Below are positions 1 through 12,263 of a stretch of 64,000 bases of DNA, piece by piece (positions within the stretch are counted from its first letter, which is position 1; each line of letters starts with the position of its first letter). Source of the stretch: Lama guanicoe (taxonomy: Eukaryota); NCBI GenBank assembly GCA_013239625.1, contig MU053810.1, forward strand, positions 62,001 to 126,000, given 5' to 3'. Made by a program: the position numbers and the translations under genes. The notes beneath the pieces were generated by a model that searched no databases, had not been told where the DNA came from, and was given only the letters and a program-made list of their open reading frames with translations.

Positions 1-799
1 GTTTGTGTGTACCATCTTGATGTTGATCATTTTCTTTTTAATCTCTTGTTTGATCTTTGTTCCCACCTTAATAGAAAAATAAGATGCAGAGCAAAGAAAG
101 TAGGCCTTCTCTGAATAGGTTAGATGCAGAATTCCAGGAGGCTTCATTCACATCAGTCTTTGAAAAGAGTGCTCCTGGATTACAATTTCAGTCCATCATG
201 AATGGACCTCATAGCTAAGGCCACTGTCGGTTGCCATCCTTAGGTTCCATTCAGCCACAGCTCTTGGCCTACTTGAGACATATATCAATGGCTTTAAGCA
301 AACAGCTTTAGTACCTTCATCCCATGGAACTTAAGGTTATGTCAGTTAGAGTTTGATGATCACTACCAGTTATACACAGCCTGGTGCGGAGGAGAGACCA
401 GCCTGTACCACTAGATGACAGCCATCTTCACACTCCACCTGGGTTCCTCAATCCATAGCGAGGATATGGATTGATGTTCTTGTCTTGGTTTCTGCTTCTG
501 ACTATCCACCTGTTAACTACGCTATGTCCTGGACCCCATCTAGGACTGGAACACTGTCCAGCACTCCAAATACATCACCAGGTGCCCAACTGTCCTTCTC
601 TGCTCCTGCCCAACCTCTCCCTTGCACACAGCACCTCAAACATCCCACTGCACCTGCCTGTTCTCCTCCTGCAGCCTGGAAAGTCCTCCTCAGGCCTATG
701 TCCACCCTAGTGAGCTGGCCTTGTGGGAGGTCCAGCTCTTCTCCCCGTTCCTTCTTGCCTCATACGTAAGGTTTGAGCGTTAACGGCCCTGCTCAGACC

Positions 800-1270
800 A
801 TCCCTTAAGCACAGTGCCCAACTCTGGAGACCACATTAGGATGGGTGATGAGTGGAAGGGTTGACTGGAGAATTCTTGAGTTATAGAATCAGACCATGAG
901 GGGGTCTTGAAAAATGTAATGTGAGAAGTGGTCCAGGGAGCTGCTGATGTTTTCTCTGGGATGGAGAAGAATTAAAGACGGTATGATTCTGTGTAATACA
1001 AACCTTTGGCATGCTACTTGGAGAAGAGGAAATGGCTTTATTCGGTGTGACTTGAGAAGCAAGCGTTGAAACATTATGTTATATTTGGTTTTAAGGTACA
1101 GAGGTATGTTCACCTTTGCGATAGGTGGTTGTGCCAGAAAAAGAAAAAGTGAGCTGAGTGCCAGATATGGTTGGAGTGCCCGCCCCAGAGGCCCACTGGC
1201 CACCTGTCAGGGGTGTTTGCCTTACGCTGGGTGAGAGGTTGCCTGCAGGACCTCAAAACATGTGATTCAG
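800..1270 (+). mobile_element. Ancient CR1/L3 LINE 3' fragment
   Basis: Degenerate motifs 'gtgcccaactctggagaccaca' and 'gggagctgctgatgttttctctgggatggagaagaattaaag' are typical of L3 3' ends. Confidence 0.55.
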
Positions 1271-2429
1271 TGTGTCTGAATTTTAAAATCATTCTTGGTT
1301 AGTAGTGGGTCACCAAGGAATTTAAAGAGGAGAAAGGAGATATAGATGACTTGTTGGCTAGGATCAGTCACCTATTGAATATAAGCCAGAGAGGCAAAAA
1401 GGACACCCCAGTTTGGTGACTTTAACAGCTCTCCCCCTGGTGGGATTTGCCGGCACCTCAAGGCATCTCTGAAGGCCTTCCTTCCTATTCCCCTCTCTGG
1501 AACCCCCTGCCCACCTGCCTGCTTCCTGGTGGAGACCCACTGGTCTGACCCAGGTCTGGTGCTCCTCATTTGGGCTCTTCTGGGACCCTGTGTGTCATGG
1601 AGACCATCTCTGCCTCCCAAAACTGCCTTCACCACTGAACAGTATGGGTGACTCCCTCTCCTTCAGCACACAGAAGCTTCTAGAACTTCAGGCTTACAGC
1701 ATCCTCTCCTCCTGTGCTCACTGCTACCCAAGGTCACTTCTGGATTCCCACTTCCTGGAACTGCAAATCCTCATTGAAAATCCCTGGCTCTTCTCATTTT
1801 ATTCTCCCCTCTTTTCCACGGTCCCCCACACTCTGGAGATCAATGATGAAAACATGTTTTGGAGAGTCTCACCCTCACACACGTACATGCACACACAGAA
1901 TGACACTCGGAGGAAGAAATTGGGGCCTTTTCAAGATTGGTACAAAGGCACAGAGGATTAAGAGCAGAAAAATGGATGTGCCCAGAGGACCCCCTGGTGG
2001 AGATCACTCCTGGCCATTCCATTTAACCTGTTCGCAGAATCATCTTAGTCTTAGGCTGAGTGACACGTGACAAGTTGGCTGCCATGGCAACACAGTTATC
2101 AATTCCTTATTGGCAGTGAGTTTTCACTTTGGAAAGCATTCTAGGATTTCTGCTTCAACCACAGGCACAAGAACCCTAAAGCCTAGCAGAGAAACGTAAC
2201 GAACTTCCTTCTGCTTGAAAGTCCTTGCAGCCGATCAAGACGCTTTTTGTATCCTAAGGCACACTGCATAGTGAGGTGGTTTAGAGACAGAGTCAGAAAT
2301 ATAGTGTCCAGCTCTTTGACTTCATTAAACATTTCAGGGGTTTGAGAAGTGTAGACCCAAGCCTGAAGGCTCTAGAGAATAAGTTATGGGCTGAAAAGCT
2401 AAGCAAGCTGTGAAGAAGTCATGTAGCTG

Positions 2430-2878
2430 GCTGGATAAGAGATGGCCTACTTAATGTATCCAGTGTGGATGGCTGTAGTGCCTATGATGGGAAAGATCCC
2501 CAGAGGAGGACAACCTAAGGCAGGAATGCACAGCTGGGTAAGAGATGGCCTATTTAATGTGTCCAGTGTGGATGGCTGGAGAGCCAACGACGGGTAGGAT
2601 CCTCAGAGGTGGACACTCTAAGGCAGGAACAGATGGCTGGATAAGAGATGGCCTAATCAATCTTTCCAATGTGGACGGCTAGAGAGCCAACGACGGGTAA
2701 GATCCCCCAGGAGGAAAAATTAAGTCCTAATTAAGTCAGGCACAGACAGCTGGATAAGAGATGGCCTTCGAAATGTAATCAGTATGGACGGCTGGATAGC
2801 CAACAACAGGTAAGATTCTCAGAGGAGGACAACCTAAGACAGGCACAGCCAGCTGGATAAGAGATGGTCTACTTAATG
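2430..2878 (+). repeat. Tandem array of 103-bp units (4 full + 1 partial) with CTE-like (NXF1/TAP-binding) hairpin motifs; probably an ERV2/betaretrovirus-derived remnant
   Basis: Units start at 2430, 2533, 2636, 2749 and 2852 (103/103/113/103 bp). The consensus includes GCTGGAGAGCCAACGACGGGTAAGA...AACCTAAGACAGGCACAGC. Confidence 0.85.
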
Positions 2879-3649
2879 AAGTTTTGTGACAAAATTTAAA
2901 ACAATCTGTCCTTGGTCATGTAACATCGTATAACATTACTGCAGAAATCTGGGAACCTGGAGCCTGGGAACATAAATGGCTTAAGATTATTAACATTGTT
3001 ATTACTTAGATGGTATGGGAGGCATCATGCATGTCCTATAGAACCCTTTTACAAGAATGGATAAACAGAGTAGCCAACAGCGCTCTCCAAATGCGGTGTG
3101 TATGTGTACCTGATACCGCGACACCGACAAGAAGCACTCTGAAAACTGGAAATTTTCATAGCCCAAGCTCATTACACCAGATGCTTAAAGCAGTAACTGA
3201 AATGATGCCAATTTTGTAGTATGAGACCAGTTTCCTTCAAGGTTCAAAACTGAGCTCATAAGTGAATCTCAGCTCAGACCTAAAGCGTCATCCGTCTATC
3301 GGAGGAAAGAAATTCCACTTTCCATTGGTTTCACTGCAAAGTGCAGCCGTTCCACGGGGTTGTGTACATTGCTGAGTTCACGTTCTTTATCAACATTTGC
3401 AAAGATACACACAGCAGAAGAGGTGTGTTCACGGACTGTATGCTTGGAGTCGTGTTGTCAACTTGTAAAGCTTAATGGATTAGTGCTTACTGGGTGCCCA
3501 CCGAGTTTCAGGCATGGAGTAGGGGTGCTGAGTGATGGACACTGGGGTTCAGACATCTAAGAGTAGAGGTGAGGGCAGGTGCACCCATGACCGTGGTGTA
3601 CCCCTAAGGTAAACCCATCTATGTACCTTATAATAAGATATAACGTAAT

Positions 3650-4050
3650 TGGCTTTAATTCTTGCCTCTGCAAGATAAATGCAAAAAGGGAGGTTCCAAG
3701 CACCAGGGGAGGCCAAAGAGGGTGGATTACATGCAGTCGAGGGACCCAGGATGGCTTTGTGAAGGTGGCATCAGAGACTGGCCTTAGAGAGGGTACCATT
3801 TAAGTGGTTGCGGGTGGGGAGACATGCCAGGTGAAGAAAGTGTCAGGAGTAAAGACTCCAGAAGTGATGGCTAGGGTGTGTTTAGGGGACGGTGAGACTA
3901 GTTCGGGGTGCCTGTAATTCTGTGATTATGAGAGAGTAATGATGTCACATCAGGAAGCTAAGTGAGGACCACCTCCTGGTGGGTTCTGGTTGGTTGCCTC
4001 TGAAGGTTTCTGAGCAGAGAAGTGACATAATATGAATGTGTCTTGGCATG
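3650..4050 (-). mobile_element. L2 LINE fragment
   Basis: Degenerate L2 motifs such as 'gacccaggatggctttgtgaaggtggcatcagagactggcctt'. Confidence 0.5.
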
Positions 4051-5244
4051 TATTTCCCAAGTAGGACAACAGATTCCTTTCTCTTCCAGGAGATTAAAGT
4101 CACAGACGGGCCCGTGGGTTGACGGTAGAAGCCCGTTCCAATCTGCTTTTGTCTACTTGGTTTCTTTCCTGTGTTTGAGGCTTACAGGGCCTCCAGATGA
4201 TCTCTTTCCCCCCACTGACTTTTCGAAATAAGTGATTTATTCTTCAAATCCATCAAAGGATTGTCTTTCTTATCTTGCTCACAAAGCAGGAGGGGAAGGA
4301 GAGGATGTCCTGTACATCGAACATTTGGCAAGTAGCAGAACAAGAGTATGTTTTCTGAGCCCAGAAGGCTCCGGGCTCCCCTTCTCGGCTGTCAATTGGC
4401 CTTTGCGGAATTGTCTCTTTCTGTGCATCCCCTACTGTGAGATGTGACATCTAAGTGGGCATGTTCTGCCAGACTCAGCCTAGGGAAGAGGTTAGAAATA
4501 GACGCTCCTGGGGTTCAGACAGCAGAGAGCCAGCCTCTCTCTTTCTACCACGTGCTGGGATGACGTAAACTCTCTGGGTTCCCACTGAAGGCAGAGGGTG
4601 AGGGGAGGGTGGAAGGGGGTGCGGTGGGAAGACGGAAATGAGAACGGGAAGGAAAGTGATGCAGAGAGAGGGAGCTGGGGTGGGAATAGCGCATCAGTAT
4701 CATCTTACAGAAGCAGCATGTCAGTTAGCATCTAATGCGGCTTTCCAGACGCTGGGCCCTGGACAAGGCTCTTTCAGAACTCACCTTCACCCCGGCAGTT
4801 AGATACAGCGGCTGCATTTTGTAAAGGGGTGCGTAGGCTCTGTGAGGTTCAGTCACCTGCCCAGGACCATGCATTTGCCCAGGGAGGTGCCGGGTTGCAT
4901 CCTGGGTTCCAAAGCATCTCCTGCCACAGAGGAGCCTAGAAAGAGGATGGAGGGTGGACGCAGGCTGGCCAGGAGGAGGCGCAGGGGTTTGCTCGGGACA
5001 GATCCTGAGCCTTCTAGGCACAGAGGTCCAGCCCGGGTCTGGAAGGAGGCCCCAAAGGTCATCAGAGAGGGGCCCCTTGGAGGCCCAGGGGTGTGGGCTG
5101 GTCACAGCACGGGCTCGATTCCCCAACATGGCCCCTGTGCAGAAAGTGAGGGACCATCTGGAGAAGCGGACCCCAGTTTGTAAGGGCAGGAGGAACAGAT
5201 GGGAGAAGGCAGGGTGGGGTGGAAACTCGTTAGGAAGTCCAAAG

Positions 5245-5370
5245 GGATGGCCTGGAGGCGGTGACGATGGCTCCACAGCTGTAGGAATGTGCTTAATGCC
5301 TAGAACTGTGCACTTAAAAGTGGGTAAATTTTGCATTCCGTATATTTTATCACAATAAAAAATTAGAAGA
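5245..5370 (+). mobile_element. Old L1 (L1M) 3' end fragment
   Basis: 'gtgcttaatgcctagaactgtgcacttaaaagtgggtaaattttgc...tatcacaataaaaaa' resembles an L1MB/ME terminus. Confidence 0.7.
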
Positions 5371-6039
5371 AAATAATGTGGCCTGGGCTTTCCCACTGGT
5401 GGGTCAAGTCTGCCAGTGGGCGGGGCTTCCTGGCTTCAAGGTCAATGAGAAGGCCCAGTGGGGATGTAAGGGGGCCCGGTTGCCCCCTCTGGGCTGACCT
5501 CACAGCAGACGTGCACACCCAGCCTCGGGGACAGGATCACAGCACAGAGGCAGCTCTGGCCACAGAGGATGTGTAACGTTTATGAGTCCAAAGGTCACCT
5601 TCCCAGGGACTAGAGTGGAATTTGATGTTCATTAACTGTGAGTTTTTAGAAGCCGAGCTGACGTCCTTCCTCACTGAAATTGCTTCCTTAATTCATTTTA
5701 AATTGAATATCTAGACTGCTCGCAAGTGGGATTAGGGGTGAGGATGAGGAGGCGGGCATCTGGAACTGTGGTTTTCAGTTTTCTTTTTCGGTAACTGAAA
5801 CCTCCAGGTCACAGGCGAATATCACCATGGGTAGTTTGCCCATTGTGGTTTTTTAAAAATTTTTTGAGAGGAGTTGGCAGGTGGTAGTGGTTCTGGGAGA
5901 AGAATGCCCTCGTGTGCTGCCGAGGGCCAGGGAGGGCCAGAGAGGGGCTTGAGGTCCCTGGAATCCTCCACTTGAGCTATTGGTTTGCAAATTAAACCTC
6001 CTTGTTTGAAGACTTGTCACAGAGCTTAAGGGTATGGGG

Positions 6040-6270
6040 CACAGCCTTAGAGGAGGGGTGGTCTGACTCCAAGTTCAAGCTCCATCATGTACCGTGGGGG
6101 CCTCGGGCAAGTTGCACTGGCTTTCTGACCTTCGTTTTCCTAATCTCTAAAATGGGACAAAGAATACCACCTACCATAGTCAAACGTCAGAACTGAATAA
6201 GAGGACGTGTCCAAGACAGGTAGCGTGGCGCCTGGCGCACAGTAGGTGCTTGGTAAATGGTAGTTACTGT
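6040..6270 (+). mobile_element. MIR SINE
   Basis: 'ctcgggcaagttgc...ttttcctaatctctaaaatggg...gcctggcgcacagtaggtgcttggtaaatggtagtta'. Confidence 0.75.
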
Positions 6271-6939
6271 TCTCACTCCAATGCCAGAATCTAGGAAAGA
6301 TAAAGTCCCAAGGATGGGGATCTTGGTGCATTGGGGAAATAACTGCCCCCTCCCACAGCCGTGAACCAGCTCCACCAGGTCATGTCTGTTGGCCCCAGCT
6401 GGTTACATGCTTAGCAATGGCTCCTTCATGACTGCAGTTGGGAAGCTGGTGACCTGGCGGCTTAGTCTAGCTCTGATCAAGTTCACCCGCCCTGTCCTGA
6501 GCCTGGCTTTTCTTCCCTAAAATGGCAACTGCGTCGTCTCTGTAACTCCTCCAGGGCAAGGGCTTAATCGTAGCATGGCTCCCTGGGGGCCAGTGCCCTG
6601 GGTGCTCCGTGGGACTGTGGGACTAAGCTGTGCCGAGCTCCAGGAGGAACCACATGGCACCAACACGTGTGCAGGAGAAATGCACCCCAGGAGCTGATCA
6701 TCCCTTCAGAGAGTATGGCTTTAGTAACACTTACTGATTTGTAGTTGCACAAGTGACACATGCATGGATGCGGCATTGGTATAAAAATGTAAGCACTATA
6801 AATAAAAACACAGCTTCCTTTAAGCTCCGAGTCCCAGGCCCCTCCCCAGAGGCAACCAATTAACAGTCAACATCCTTCCAGTTCCTGTTTTATGGTGTAT
6901 TGCAAGAAAGAGGCAGTGAAGCACTGTTAAGTCAAGCTG

Positions 6940-7150
6940 ATTATGCTGTTGGGGGTACAAGCAGGGTGCTGAGATGGTCATCAGGGGAGGCTACTGACCC
7001 AGTGGTAAGGAAAGACATCAAGGAGGTAACATAGGACCCAGCAGAATGGGAATGAGCTTGCTGTGCAGTCATGGAACAGCATTCTAGGAAGCTGGAACAG
7101 AAACTTGTTGAAGAGGTGGCTAGGAATAACATGTTGTTTGTATAATGGGA
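6940..7150 (-). mobile_element. L2 fragment
   Basis: 'gtggtaaggaaagacatcaaggaggtaacat...aacagcattctaggaag'. Confidence 0.5.
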
Positions 7151-10100
7151 CAGTAATGAAGACATATTTAAATTTTCTTCTCACAGCTTAATAACCCATT
7201 TTTCATTTGTTGTAAGAGTCCATCTATAACCATACACTGGGTAGGATTCTGTAACCTAAAGCCTTTCACATGTAAGCTTTGCCCTGACTATGTTTTTGAA
7301 ACTTTCAAATTTGCAAGGCCTTGTGCTAGATCCCCAGCCAGGAAGGACGGCCCTTGAAAGTTGGCAGAAACACATCACTGTGCTCTAGTCTCTGTCATCT
7401 GTGGTTTAAAGGTTTTCCAGTGATATTTTTACCTATTAACTGAGAACTGATTCTGAGGCATGGGCTCGTGGACTGAGCTTGGCAGTAGGTCATTGTAACA
7501 GTCAACTTGTAGTGACTGATGGCTTCCCAAGTACCTCTGTGCCCCGTCTCACAGTATCAGTATCTCCACTTTCTGAAAGAAGGAAAAACAGCTGTGTGCC
7601 TGGAGCCGGGCCTGAAGCCAGCTCTCCCTAATACCACCCCTAGCTCTTTCTCCTCTAAGGACAGACAGCTCCCAGGCTGCCTGTCCTGATTCAGTAGCAG
7701 AAAAGCCTGTATCTGGGTTTGGTAAAGTCTCCCCAGCAGACAGACCCTGAGCCGTCACGCCCTGGATGTGGCCGTGTGGACAAGTCACCAGTCTCTGGGA
7801 AGTAAACAGAGTGCTCACAGCTCATAAATCTTTGTCACATTCCACAGTTGGGCAGGGCAGGTGGCAGGAGGAGCCCTTTGGGGTTTTCAGCCAGTAGTGA
7901 GGATGCCAGGAAAACACATCAGCCATCAGGAGGAAAAGGAGAGCCTGGCCCTTAGCTGCCCCTTTCAGGAGAAGGACTGGAGACTGAATACTGAACCATC
8001 AAAACCCATGAGTGTGAAAGGCCCCAGGGAACCGAGCCTCGGACCTGAGACTGTTCAGGCCACCGGTGCCTATGGAGAGAGAGCCGGGCAGAGCAGGCCG
8101 GCTTGCCTCTGGGCCAGTTTCTGCTCTAGGCTTCCCTTCTTCAGTGGGCCCTGGCGGTCCATGGTTCAGCCTCCCCACTCAGCATCCTTACTCGGATGCC
8201 TGAAATTAGGGGGGCTGCCTTTAGGTCACCCTGGACCAAGTTCAGAGGTCCACAGGGTGGGGGGAAGCTTCAGCCTGGCCTACTGTTCCCTTGGCAACAG
8301 CAGTGATCCGAGGCCTGGAGCTTAAAGAGCCGATCGGTGGCTCCATGCACCCCACCCAGCAGTGGTCGGCACACCCAGGGCTGGGAGGGGGACAGGAATG
8401 AACTTGGCCTCCATCCCCCATGGTAGCACATCTGGCAACTGCTGGTCTTGGAGGAGGCACCACGCCATCAGGCCCTCTCATTCCTCCTCTCCCATAGCCC
8501 GAGATGCCCTGGAGGCCAAGCACACCCACCAGACAGCCAGTGGACAGCGCTTTAAAAAATCTTGGAGGTTCCAGTGACCATGAACCACACCTGTGCCTCT
8601 GAAGGGAATTCCTGCATGAGCAAGTCTGTCGTGGGTCTGTCTCCCTCCCTCTGTTTTCATGGGAGAGGATCCCAGCCCTGCCTGGGACTGGCTGACTCGG
8701 GACTGAGATGCCCAAGGAGGCTATGACCAAACATTTAGAGGCATTAGCTGTTGGAAGATGTCCTTCAGAGGCTAAAACTGAGGTTGAGGGAGAACCATGA
8801 TTCTCCAAGGTCAGCAGCACACCAGTGGCAGAGTTGGAAAACCTTTAAACCACTGATGCCAGCAGTCTGGAGGGAATTTCTGGGAATCTGGAAAAAAAAA
8901 ATCACAGCCTCCTTCCCACTTGACCTGCACCCATTTTCTCCACTGCACCCTGGAAAGTGCCCGGGAGCAATAAGAGGAGCTAGCAGCCTCTTACCCAAGG
9001 ATCTGTGAGTTCAGTTTCATCTCCCTTGGTAGATCTGGAAAAGCCTTGGGGGTTGGAAACGGCATTCCATGGCCTATCGTCTCCCAGTCTCCCATCCATC
9101 CTAGACAGTGGAAATGAGGTTGGCAGAACTACTGGGGAGATACAGATTCCCCCACAGGAAGCTCAGAACGTAGACTGAAATATCATAGAATGGGACAAGT
9201 TGAGTTCCCATCAGCAAAGTCCACATGCACATAACTGAGTGATTAATATTTTTCTAGCTTCCTAGAATATATATATGGGTGTGTGTAAATATATGAAATC
9301 TGTATCTATATAGATACATGTATAGAGAGAGTTTGTACTGGGATGCAATGAGGAAATTTACTTATGAATGAGTGGTAATTAAAATATTAATTACCTACAA
9401 TATTTCTTTGCAAAGTTCCTGAATCCCTAGGCTCATGATGCCATTTTCAACCATAACATTAAAGGACTTTGTTAACGGACACTGGGAAGAAGCCCCAGGG
9501 ACAGGGCAGCAGGCTGCTCAGGGCTGAGGGGACTGGCCGGGGCTCTGGCTGCCCCCAGGCCGGAGAAGATGGGCCTCTCCCCATGCTTGTAGTTCAGTTC
9601 TTGCTGCCTGTTGCAGGGCTCTGCCCTAGTCAGGTGAGGATGAGTGTAAAAACAGAGGTTGATTTAACGCAGGATCAAAGTGCATGGCTGAGAGGTTAAT
9701 GAGAATTAAGTCAAAGAGCAGACATAGTGTGCAGAATTTTTGTACTTTATTTGACCCAAAAAAAAAACCCTTTTGTTTGCACGCCAGTATCTCATGGGCT
9801 GAGTGTTAGGTGGACTTCAGTCTGGCAACACTTTCTAGTGCATTTATCTAAAGATGTAACTTTCTTTCTCTGTACCGGAACATAACCGATAAACTCCCCT
9901 TTCTGTGACGGCAGGGAATGGACAAGGCCATGAGGTCTTTTCCTGGCTTTAATCATCATCTATTAGGGAGTTAAGCCTTGGCCGTTTAAGACCCTGTGCT
10001 CCTTTTCTTGGCTTTCTGGAGTCTTTCTGAAATGTGGTCTGTCTCCTGAATTTACCTGGGTTTCCTGTAACCCCGCATCCCCTCTCTGAAATTCAGTCCT

Positions 10101-10374
10101 TCCTCCTCTCCATCACGTCCTGCAACTCTGTAGATCTGGCTCAGAATACACAAAATAACCCTGTCAGCTGAGCCTGGGAGAGCATCAGAAAGGAAAGTGC
10201 ACTCAGTTCAAGATCCTTAAAGCCAGTTCCTGATCTGACCAGAACAGAGGAGTCAGAATGGACTTGGGGCACAGAAACTCCACAAGGATCCCAGTGAACC
10301 CAGCCCCCGCTTCCCAAAGGCAGCCCCTGCTTCTCCATTCGTTGTCTGCTTTTAAGTCCCTGAACTTGTTTCAG

Positions 10375-10700
10375 CCTTTCATTTATCAAGTGCTTTCTGC
10401 ACACCAGGTGCTGGATAAACAGATGTAAAGATGGAACCCTTGCATTTATTTGAGAGCTTACAGTCCAGGAGAGAGTCAGATGCACAATGCGATAAACTTG
10501 ACAGTAGAATTAGGGAAAGATTACCTGGCTCTTCCTGGAGGAATCAGGGAAGGCTTCACAGAGGAGGTGACCCTTAAACCCAGACTTGGAGAATAAGTAG
10601 AATTCTGTCGGTTGGATAAAGATGTGAGGAGTGGTTGGCAGAGATGTTCTCAGCAGAAGGCACAGATACTTGAGAGCGCCCAGTGTGGTTAGGGAGTAGC
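10375..10700 (-). mobile_element. L2 3' end
   Basis: 'atttatcaagtgctttctg...gagcttacagtccagg...gaatcagggaaggcttcacagaggaggtgac'. Confidence 0.75.
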
Positions 10701-10759
10701 AGTTCAATCAGGAAAGTGCAAATTCAGGATGAATAACAAGTCAGAAAGCTTCATTTCTT

Positions 10760-10980
10760 GTTTTCTGTGTGTCAGGTGCTATGTCATGTGCTTTACATCC
10801 ATTACCTGGTTTTATTCTGCAGAGCAGGTCTATGGCAGAGGCATTATTTTCCCCACTGGGTAAATGAGGAGGGTGAGCTAAGGCAGCTTCCCGGACGTGG
10901 GCGAGGCCTGCTGTCAGATGATGGAGCAGCGGGGATGCAATTCCAGTTTTGCCTGGTTCTGAAGCCCAGGCTCCTGCCTG
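10760..10980 (-). mobile_element. MIR SINE
   Basis: 'gtgtcaggtgctatg...gtgctttacatcc...attttccccactgggtaaatgagg'. Confidence 0.6.
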
Positions 10981-12059
10981 GGATGCCAGGTGGCCTCCTG
11001 CTTGTCTGGGGACAGTGGGGACAGAAGCAGGAAGGCGGGGGAGCCCTTGAGCCAGCACTGCCCAGTGGGACCAGGACTCCCACCCCAGCTCCGTCCCAAC
11101 CTTCTGCCTGCCTGCCTCCCACCTCCACACCCCTCGCCCTCAGCCACAGCCTGGCTGGGGCATTTGCTCTCCCTTCCGCCAGGCTCCCGGCTCAGGGAGA
11201 CAATGCTCTGACTTCGGGTGGAGCAAAGGGCCCAATGCCAGGTCAAACACAGTCCTAGGAACCCCAGGTGGCTTCTCCAGAGAGTCCTCAAAAGAACTGC
11301 CCTGCTGTCACTCCTGTGGTTTGGGAGTTTTTTTCGGTAGCTCTGGGCGTCTTCCCAATGGTTCCCATTTAGGAAACTATTCTGCAGTGGCTTGGCTCTG
11401 CTGCCTGCCCCCTCACCCCCCCTCCTCTCTAAAAGGGCAAAAACAATGGTGGGACAAGGAGAGACAGGGCCAGAGGGAGCTGGAGAGAACTCAGGGCGAG
11501 GCCAGTGGGCTGAGCATCGTCCCCCTCCACAGAGAATAAAGGGGTCTTGGCCTGTGGCCTTGACTGGGACAGAAGACACGATGCCAGTGTATACTGCTCA
11601 GAACTGGCAGACGGTGTGGCCGAGGGCCACCTGAGAGCCTGTCTGCTGAGAGGGGATGTCTTTGGCCAGTGCACGTTGGGAGGTTCTAGGAGGCTTAGCT
11701 TATCAGTGTCACTGGGGAAGCACTTGAAAAACCAGCAGATAATCACTTTGGAAAGAGCGGTTTTGTGGACCTCCACCTGGAGGTTTGAAATTGGCAGTAG
11801 TCCGTTGAGTCCAAGGATTCTTGACAAGAATCATTGGGAACCTGAGCTCTGACCAGGCAGCCCAGAGCCGTCATCACGCATCGCTGGGCAAGGGGAGGGG
11901 GGCAGTCAGGGTCTTGGGAGACTCTGGGACCCGGTGCTCTTCCCATCTTTCATCCTCCTTCATTCATTGTTGCTGTTTTCTCTCCAAACTCTTACATCCA
12001 GTCGTCTGCTGTTGCCTTTGTGTCTCTGTTTGCCTCGAGCCCCTCTCAAGATTAGGCTT

Positions 12060-12263
12060 CCAGAGTTTTTTCCTACAAAGGGCCAGATACTAAATATTTT
12101 AGGCTTTATGGGTCAGCCTGTGTCATAACTACTCAACTCGGCCACAGTAGCAGGAAAAGAGCCACAGACCACATGTCAACAAAGGAAGGTGTTTGTGGCC
12201 GTGCTCCAATAAAATTTTATTCACAAAAACAGGTGGCAGGCCAGATTCGTTTGCTCACCTCTG
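12060..12263. mobile_element. MER58-like hAT-Charlie DNA transposon
   Basis: 'aagggccagatactaaatattttaggcttt...ccaataaaattttattcacaaaaacaggtggcaggccagatt'. Confidence 0.85.

Noticed and set aside
2430..2878. CRISPR-like array or coding repeat
   Set aside because: The whole 103-bp unit is repeated with no unique spacers, the DNA is mammalian, the unit length is not a multiple of 3, and there is no ORF.
4725..5396. 223-aa ORF (likewise the 192-223 aa ORFs at 8242-8820, 10914-11579, 52024-52695, 59032-59610)
   Set aside because: GC-rich chance ORFs with no recognisable domain or codon bias; several overlap MIR, L1 or L2 fragments, and one is antisense to a UTR.
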